From: Promethearchaeum syntrophicum
GTDB lineage: Archaea; Asgardarchaeota; Lokiarchaeia; Sigyniarchaeales; Promethearchaeaceae
NCBI RefSeq assembly: GCF_008000775.2
Contig: NZ_CP042905.2
Coordinates: 1,560,001 to 1,592,000 of the forward strand
DNA: 32,000 nt
Reading direction: 5' to 3'
The notes beneath the pieces are model-generated. The model did no database searches. It saw only the letters and a program-made list of their open reading frames with translations, and was not told where the DNA came from. This document shows positions 25,150-32,000 of this stretch, piece after piece; positions within the stretch are counted from its first letter, which is position 1; every line of letters starts with the position of its first letter. A program made the position numbers and the translations under genes.

Positions 25150-25947
25150 ATGAAGGCAAAAAAAATTTTAGTGTTGGTAAAAGCATATCCTGAACGAAGT
25201 AAATCTTATGGGTCGTCAGTTTGTACAGCAGGAATTACTAAAGAAGGAAAATGGATTAGAATCTATCCTATTCGTCTTGAACGTTATGATAGTAATCATG
25301 AAGTTATAAAGAAATGGTCATGGATAGAAGCCTATGTTGAAAAATCAAATGAAAAACTTAATCGAATAGAGTCCTATAAGGTAAATGAGAATACAATTAA
25401 ACTAATTGATGATACATTAACAAAAACTTCAAGTAATTTAAAAATCTGGTATAACCGAAATAATATAATATTTCCAAAATTTCTCAATAAATCAATTGAA
25501 GAGCTAGAACAATTAAAAAAAGATCAAAAAATGTCATTAGGACTTATAAAACCTAAGAATTTTGAATTTTATTTGAAGAAGCCAATTGAAGAAATTGAAG
25601 TAAAAGAACAAAAACTAATTCAAACTACTTTGCATGGAAGGAAAATTAAAACTCCAGATGAAATTGGAAATCATTTTGCGTATAAATTTAAGTGTAGTGA
25701 TGAAAACTGTAAGGGTCACAATATGATTTGTGAAGACTGGGAAATTAGAGAATCTTTTAGAAAGTGGCGTAAAATCTATCAAAATAAAAAAGAATTAGAG
25801 GAAAAATTATTTTATAAGTATCAAACCTTTATGGAAAATCGTGATTTGTATTTTATAATGGGAACAACAAATCCTTATAATAAGTGGGTTATAATCGGGT
25901 TATATTATCCCCCAAAAAGAAAAAATAAATCATTACTTGATTTTTAG
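25150..25947 (+). CDS. Hypothetical protein (265 aa) with a Cys/His motif; no family assigned
   Basis: This is a clean ORF with an ATG start. The N-terminus reads KILVLVKAYPERSKSYGSSVCTAGITKEGKWIRIYPIRLERY. The C-terminal half reads FKCSDENCKGHNMICEDWE. I have a vague memory of similar conserved hypothetical N-termini but cannot name a family. Confidence 0.45.
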   Translation: MKAKKILVLVKAYPERSKSYGSSVCTAGITKEGKWIRIYPIRLERYDSNHEVIKKWSWIEAYVEKSNEKLNRIESYKVNENTIKLIDDTLTKTSSNLKIWYNRNNIIFPKFLNKSIEELEQLKKDQKMSLGLIKPKNFEFYLKKPIEEIEVKEQKLIQTTLHGRKIKTPDEIGNHFAYKFKCSDENCKGHNMICEDWEIRESFRKWRKIYQNKKELEEKLFYKYQTFMENRDLYFIMGTTNPYNKWVIIGLYYPPKRKNKSLLDF

Positions 25948-25966
25948 CATAAAAAATACAACGTAT

Positions 25967-26833
25967 TTAAATTGAGTTAACTAAAATCCCTTTCTTCTGT
26001 ATATAATTACCAATTTGTCGACGATGACAGAAATTTTCATCTTTTTCAAAACACATTAAAGCAATTCTTTCCATTTTTCCTAATTTCAAAATTTTATTAA
26101 TGTAAATTTCCTTTCTTGGTAAAAATTTCCTATATTGAGTAAATAATTCTTGGTAATCTTCTTTTGTCTTTAGGTTTTCTCTCAGATTTTTTGGGACACC
26201 TAATTCTGGAATATGGATGTATCTTATATCAACCTTTTTTAAACTCTTTATCAATCTGCCTTTATTAAACATATATTTCATTGATCTTGGATTTTTACGC
26301 ACATCAATCAAAATATTGATATTATTTGAAATTAATTCAAATAAAAATTGATCTATATCTTTACCTTCATATCCTATCAGGAATATCCCTGGATTAGACG
26401 GTAATTTAATTTTAATCGGGATTTTTTTCCTTTCTGATTTACATGTATAAGTTGGATATTTTGAATAAATTTCATTAATAAGGTTTTCAATTGATCCAAA
26501 TTTGTTAATATATCTGCTAACGAAATTTTTCTGATCATGAGAAATTTCCAATTCATCTTTACCTTTTTTTGTAAGTTGGGGAATATATTTTGAATCCGCT
26601 TGATTATCAATTAAATATCCTTTTTGTATTAAATAATTAATATCGGAATACATAGCAGAAGAAAATGGTCCAAATTTATAGGGATGAAAGTGATATGTTG
26701 AAAATTTTGGTGTTTTTTCTTTTGTAATTAAAAACATTAATTTAGTTAAATGCAATTTAGTCATATGATTTATGTCGGATAAATGGTGGATCAATCCTAA
26801 TAACAATCTTTGTTTTTTAAACAAATCTAACAC
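25967..26833 (-). CDS. Two-domain protein: N-terminal wHTH/SocA-Panacea(DUF4065)-like region fused to a C-terminal DUF488 domain
   Basis: The C-terminal ~140 aa match the DUF488 layout: IFLIGYEGKDIDQFLFELISNNINILIDVRKNPRS..IRYIHIPELGVP..RIALMCFEKDENFCHRRQIGNYI. The N-terminal region MTKLHLTKLMFLITKE..YHFHPYKFGPFSSAMYSDINYLIQKGYL resembles the KLxKLLY..Y..GP.. core of DUF4065. Confidence in this N-terminal assignment is lower. Confidence 0.65.
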   Translation of the reverse strand: MLDLFKKQRLLLGLIHHLSDINHMTKLHLTKLMFLITKEKTPKFSTYHFHPYKFGPFSSAMYSDINYLIQKGYLIDNQADSKYIPQLTKKGKDELEISHDQKNFVSRYINKFGSIENLINEIYSKYPTYTCKSERKKIPIKIKLPSNPGIFLIGYEGKDIDQFLFELISNNINILIDVRKNPRSMKYMFNKGRLIKSLKKVDIRYIHIPELGVPKNLRENLKTKEDYQELFTQYRKFLPRKEIYINKILKLGKMERIALMCFEKDENFCHRRQIGNYIQKKGILVNSI

Positions 26834-26936
26834 CTAGATTAATAAAAGTATATTTGTGTATAAAAGAATATAGATAATCTTGAATTATCAAAAAAATATT
26901 TGAAGAAAAAAAAATTTTTAAGTTCACTAAGAATGT

Positions 26937-28283
<1,347 letters not shown>

Positions 28284-28525
28284 TCACTACCAATCCGAAT
28301 AAAATTCCTATTGAATATTTCATCCGTGTATTGATACTGCTAAAAAATTTCGATTCCTACTAAAATATTTCGGAATCTTGAAGAAAAAATGGAGAACTAT
28401 TAAGAAAAATTATGAGAAAAATGCAATTATGGAATATTATGTGTTTATTTTTTGATCAAAACACCGAAAAGAAAAATAGAAAAATATAAAAATGTAAAAA
28501 AGGGAAATTGAAATGGAAATTTTTT

Positions 28526-31171
28526 ATGTCACGAAATAAAAATAATCACGTGTCAAAACCAAATTTGGATTTTAGTTCTGGAATGAAAAATTTAGATAGT
28601 GTTCTGCAAGGAATCTTACCCGGGGATAATGTCGTTCTCCAGGTTGATGAATTAGAAGATTATATCCCATTTGTTCATAAATTTGTCCGAAATGCTAACA
28701 AGGAAGATAAGCCATTGGTTTATTTTCGCTTTGCCCAACATGAATTCTTAATTCCAAGTGATGTTCATGCTACCATAATTGAATTGAGACCTGAAAAAGG
28801 TTTTGAGAAATTTCTTTCCCAAATTATCAAAACTATTGAGGATTTTGGATTAGGAGCATGCTATGTATTTGATTGTTTATCGGATCTTATAGTAGATTGG
28901 TATTCTGATGTAATGGTTGGAAACTTTTTTATGTTAACCTGTCCCTATCTGTATAAATTTGACACTGTAGCGTATTTTGCGTTATTCCGCCATAAGCATG
29001 AATTGAAAGTAATTAAAGATATTCAAGATACTGCTCAAGTGGTTATGGATATTTATAGAAATGAGGGGTCTCTTTATGTTCACCCTTTAAAGGTTTTTGA
29101 ACGATATTCTTCAACATTATACATGTTATATAAGTGGGAATCACAAGACGGGGTTGATAAATTCATCACAGTCAAAAATAGTTCAACGATAGCTCAGACT
29201 CTATCTTCTATGCAACATTGGATAAATATTGGGAAGAAAAGGCATGATGTATGGAATTTAACATTTGATTCCGCTAAAGAAACAGTTGAAGGTATCTTAT
29301 TAGGAGAAATTTCACCAATTAGAGGAGAGAATTTAAAAAATCATCTGATTAAAATGGCAGTGGTGCGTGATGATTTACTTTTTATCTTAGCTATAAAATA
29401 TTTTGATTTGGAAGATATCCTAGAAATTGGCCAAAGGATGATTGGATCGGAAATGATTGGGGGAAAATCTGTTGGTATGTTACTCGCTCAAGCAATTTTG
29501 CGCAAATCAGATCCTTATTGGGAGAAACGTCTTGAAGTTCAAGATTCCTTTTACGTTGGGGCAGAAGTTTATTATACTTATTTAGTAAAAAATAACTGCT
29601 GGTGGCTTCGTCGTAAAGCCTCCGATCCTTCTACTTTCATGGAAGGAATTGAAGAAACAAGAAGGAAAATTCTATCAGGTACATTTCCCGATTATATAAT
29701 TATTCAATTTAAAAGAATGTTGGATTATTATGGGCAATCCCCGATAATTGTCAGATCCAGCAGTTTACAAGAAGATGCATATGGGAACTCATTTTCGGGA
29801 AAGTATGAGAGTATTTTTCTAGGAAATCAAGGGACTCCTGAAGAAAGGCTTGCAAATTTTATTAAAGCAGTGCAGAGAGTATACGCTAGTACATGTGGCG
29901 ATGATGCACTTACATATCGAAAAAGTAGAGGATTATTAGAATCTGATGAGCAAATGGCACTTTTAGTGCAAAGAGTGTCTGGAAGCATATACAGGGATAA
30001 TTTCTTTCCACAAGCTGCAGGTACTGGTTTTTCATTTAATCCTTATGTTTGGGATAAAAAAATTGATCCTAAGGCTGGTTTTTTACGGTTAGTTTTTGGA
30101 TTAGGAACTCGAGCAGTTGGGCGAACTGATGATGATTTTACTAGATTAGTTACATTAAAATCGGTAAATTTACGAGCGGAACATGGCATTGACGAAATTC
30201 GTCAATTTTCTCAAAAATATGTAGATGTTTTAGATTTAAAAGAAAACAAATACGTTACACACCAATTTAAAAATGTGATAGATGATATTGACGGATTCAA
30301 ATTAGATTTATATGCGAGTCGAGATGATGAAATTGAACAACGAATGAAGGATCATAATCGAGAGGTCATCCCAACTTGGATTTTAACTTTTGATAAACTC
30401 CTAAACAATACAACTTTTGCTGAAGATATGAGTAAAATTCTAGATACATTGCAAGATGCATATCAAATTCCAGTTGATATAGAATATACAGTAAATTTCT
30501 TTGAAGATGATTATACTATCAATCTGCTTCAATGTAGACCATGGCAAATAAAATATGAAATTCAAGAGGTTGAAGATCCTGGAAAAATTAAGAAGGAATT
30601 AACAGTTTTTAAGAGTAAAGGGCCGATAATAGGGACTTCTGTAGCTACTTCAATAACACGTTTAATTTATGTTGTTCCTGGCGTATATGGAAGTTTAACT
30701 ATGCGAGATCGCCATGCTGTAGCGCGATTAGTCGGGCAAATAAATCATCATGACTCATCAACCAAAAAAAATATTTTACTTATTGGTCCCGGAAGATGGG
30801 GAACAAGTTCACCCAGCTTAGGAATACCGACAACATTCGCAGAGATAAATAATGTAAATATAATTGGAGAAATTGCTGAAATGCATGAAGGACTTGTTCC
30901 TGACATTAGTTTAGGGTCTCATTTTTTTAATAATCTCGTGGAATTAGATATGGTCTACTTTGCGCTGAATCCGGATAAAGAAGAGGATTATTTAGATCGA
31001 GAATTCTTCCAAAAATCTCCAAACCAATTAAAACATCTAGTGCCAAATTCCGACCAGATGGAGGAGGTCATTAAAGTGATAGATTTTCAACATGAGGATG
31101 AATTACTAATAAACCTGAATTCTCTTTCACAACAAGCAATATGTTATTTAAAAAATAAAACAAATGATTAA
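28526..31171 (+). CDS. PEP/pyruvate-binding (PPDK_N ATP-grasp) domain protein, dikinase-like, with a degenerate RecA/KaiC-like N-terminal region
   Basis: The central region IVRSSSLQEDAYGNSFSGKYESIFL..MALLVQRV is the PPDK_N/PEP synthase nucleotide-binding signature (VRSSxxxEDxxxxSFAGxxxS). The N-terminus LQGILPGDNVVLQVDELEDY has a KaiC-like layout but no P-loop. The C-terminus GPGRWGTSSPSLGIPTTFAEI..SLGSHFFNNL is conserved in this family. No obvious phosphohistidine swivel motif was seen. The ATG at 28526 is preferred over the TTG at 28508. Confidence 0.75.
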   Translation: MSRNKNNHVSKPNLDFSSGMKNLDSVLQGILPGDNVVLQVDELEDYIPFVHKFVRNANKEDKPLVYFRFAQHEFLIPSDVHATIIELRPEKGFEKFLSQIIKTIEDFGLGACYVFDCLSDLIVDWYSDVMVGNFFMLTCPYLYKFDTVAYFALFRHKHELKVIKDIQDTAQVVMDIYRNEGSLYVHPLKVFERYSSTLYMLYKWESQDGVDKFITVKNSSTIAQTLSSMQHWINIGKKRHDVWNLTFDSAKETVEGILLGEISPIRGENLKNHLIKMAVVRDDLLFILAIKYFDLEDILEIGQRMIGSEMIGGKSVGMLLAQAILRKSDPYWEKRLEVQDSFYVGAEVYYTYLVKNNCWWLRRKASDPSTFMEGIEETRRKILSGTFPDYIIIQFKRMLDYYGQSPIIVRSSSLQEDAYGNSFSGKYESIFLGNQGTPEERLANFIKAVQRVYASTCGDDALTYRKSRGLLESDEQMALLVQRVSGSIYRDNFFPQAAGTGFSFNPYVWDKKIDPKAGFLRLVFGLGTRAVGRTDDDFTRLVTLKSVNLRAEHGIDEIRQFSQKYVDVLDLKENKYVTHQFKNVIDDIDGFKLDLYASRDDEIEQRMKDHNREVIPTWILTFDKLLNNTTFAEDMSKILDTLQDAYQIPVDIEYTVNFFEDDYTINLLQCRPWQIKYEIQEVEDPGKIKKELTVFKSKGPIIGTSVATSITRLIYVVPGVYGSLTMRDRHAVARLVGQINHHDSSTKKNILLIGPGRWGTSSPSLGIPTTFAEINNVNIIGEIAEMHEGLVPDISLGSHFFNNLVELDMVYFALNPDKEEDYLDREFFQKSPNQLKHLVPNSDQMEEVIKVIDFQHEDELLINLNSLSQQAICYLKNKTND

Positions 31172-31216
31172 TAAGAAAAAAGTGGATTTTTTTCCACTAC
31201 ATGGGAATTTTAAAAG

Positions 31217-32000
31217 ATGGATGAATTTTCTGTAGATGAATCACAATTTGATTACAAACCCAAATATCGGATCTTTCATAGTTTAATGAAGAATCGAATA
31301 AAGGAGATATTACTGGTTTCAAGTGCATATGATAATTTCATTCTGGAAGAGGATGGGCGATTATCAGATCAGATTTACGCAGAATTTCATGATTTAAATT
31401 TGAGAACAATCCCTCATATCACGCGAGTTTCTTCAGCAAAAGGAGCTTTGGCGCGCCTCAAAGAGAATGAATTTGATTTAGTTGTTACAATGAGGAAGCT
31501 TTTTGATTCAGATCCCTTCGAATTTGGAAAGCAAATCAAAGAAATCCAAGATATTCCAGTTGTATTATTACTAACTAGTCTTTCGGATATTAATTTTATC
31601 CCAGATTTCACCAAATCTAAAGAAGGAATTGATTTAACTTTTTTATGGAATGGTGACAGTGCAATTTTCATTTCCTTAACAAAATTACTCGAAGATCGGA
31701 TGAATATTAAAGAAGATACTGAAAATGGTATGGTACGGGTAATCATCATCATTGAAGATAATATTCGATTTTATTCTGTGTATTTACCCCTTATTTATTC
31801 CGAAATAATGAGACAAATTCAATTGCTAATTCAAGAAGGTGTAAATGATTATTATCGTTTACTCCAAATGAAAGCGCGCCCTAAGATTATACTAACTCAT
31901 ACATACGAAGAAGCTATGAAATTCTATGAAGAATATAAAGAAAACGTTATTGGAATTATTTCTGATATTGAATTCCCCCGGAATAATAAAATAAATAGGA
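31217..32000 (+). CDS. Partial CDS: receiver-like (pseudo-receiver) N-terminal region of a second large regulatory protein, probably of the PEP/pyruvate-binding family
   Basis: This gene is not in the track because it runs off the window end. Manual translation from the ATG at 31217 stays open to base 32000: MDEFSVDESQFDYKPKYRIFHSLMKNRIKEILLVSSAYDNFILEEDGRLSDQIYAEFHDLNLRTIPHITRVSSAKGALARLKENEFDLVVTMRKL..IPVVLLLTS..VRVIIIIEDNIRFYSVYLPLIY.. The beta-alpha pattern is that of CheY-like receivers, but T replaces the phospho-acceptor Asp (DLVVT). The track ORF at 31414-31752 (-) is its antisense shadow. Confidence 0.55.
   Translation, partial: MDEFSVDESQFDYKPKYRIFHSLMKNRIKEILLVSSAYDNFILEEDGRLSDQIYAEFHDLNLRTIPHITRVSSAKGALARLKENEFDLVVTMRKLFDSDPFEFGKQIKEIQDIPVVLLLTSLSDINFIPDFTKSKEGIDLTFLWNGDSAIFISLTKLLEDRMNIKEDTENGMVRVIIIIEDNIRFYSVYLPLIYSEIMRQIQLLIQEGVNDYYRLLQMKARPKIILTHTYEEAMKFYEEYKENVIGIISDIEFPRNNKINR

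Noticed and set aside
28340-28380. A short inverted repeat, gattcc..ggaatc, in the gdhA / PEP-binding divergent intergenic region.
   Set aside because: It is a 6-bp stem with a 14-nt loop in AT-rich DNA, which is within chance expectation. It has no positional relation to either start codon that would suggest function.

Overview
This is an AT-rich archaeal chromosomal segment. The archaeal assignment rests on an MCM helicase, a Hel308-type helicase, an archaeal/eukaryal-type GlyRS, an intron-bearing tRNA, oligo-T terminators, TATA-like boxes and GGTG/GGAG-type Shine-Dalgarno (SD) sequences. Composition and gene content would fit a low-GC Asgard-like or similar uncultured archaeon, but the lineage cannot be determined from this window.

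I support about 28 protein genes and one tRNA:
- Replication, repair and core functions: Hel308 (partial) and MCM, a HEAT-repeat protein and an AAA+ ATPase, tRNA-Pro(GGG), GlyRS.
- Toxin-antitoxin and mobile DNA: a vapBC-like pair, an IS4-like DDE transposase, and an RHH-UPF0175 / DUF3368-PIN pair.
- Metabolism and transport: a ketopantoate-reductase-family protein, an M32 carboxypeptidase, a GPH/MFS transporter, and three glutamate dehydrogenase paralogs.
- Sensing: a MASE3 membrane sensor, and two adjacent PEP/pyruvate-binding (ATP-grasp dikinase-like) proteins.
- Three poorly characterised genes lying between the GDH paralogs.

The best candidate for an undescribed system is a tightly packed minus-strand operon at 20142->16294. 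It encodes a radical SAM/SPASM enzyme, a SAM-dependent methyltransferase with a large unknown C-terminal domain, and three tandem paralogous ~145-aa membrane proteins. The three paralogs share a conserved N-terminal motif and an invariant VYDSSK motif in the C-terminal tail.

Other points worth a second look:
- One tandem GDH copy lacks the catalytic lysine.
- The tRNA intron is at a non-canonical position.
- The MASE3 sensor has a Cys-rich output module and no kinase domain.
- One protein fuses a wHTH/Panacea-like region to DUF488.

All functional calls come from motif recognition by eye. No database search was run.
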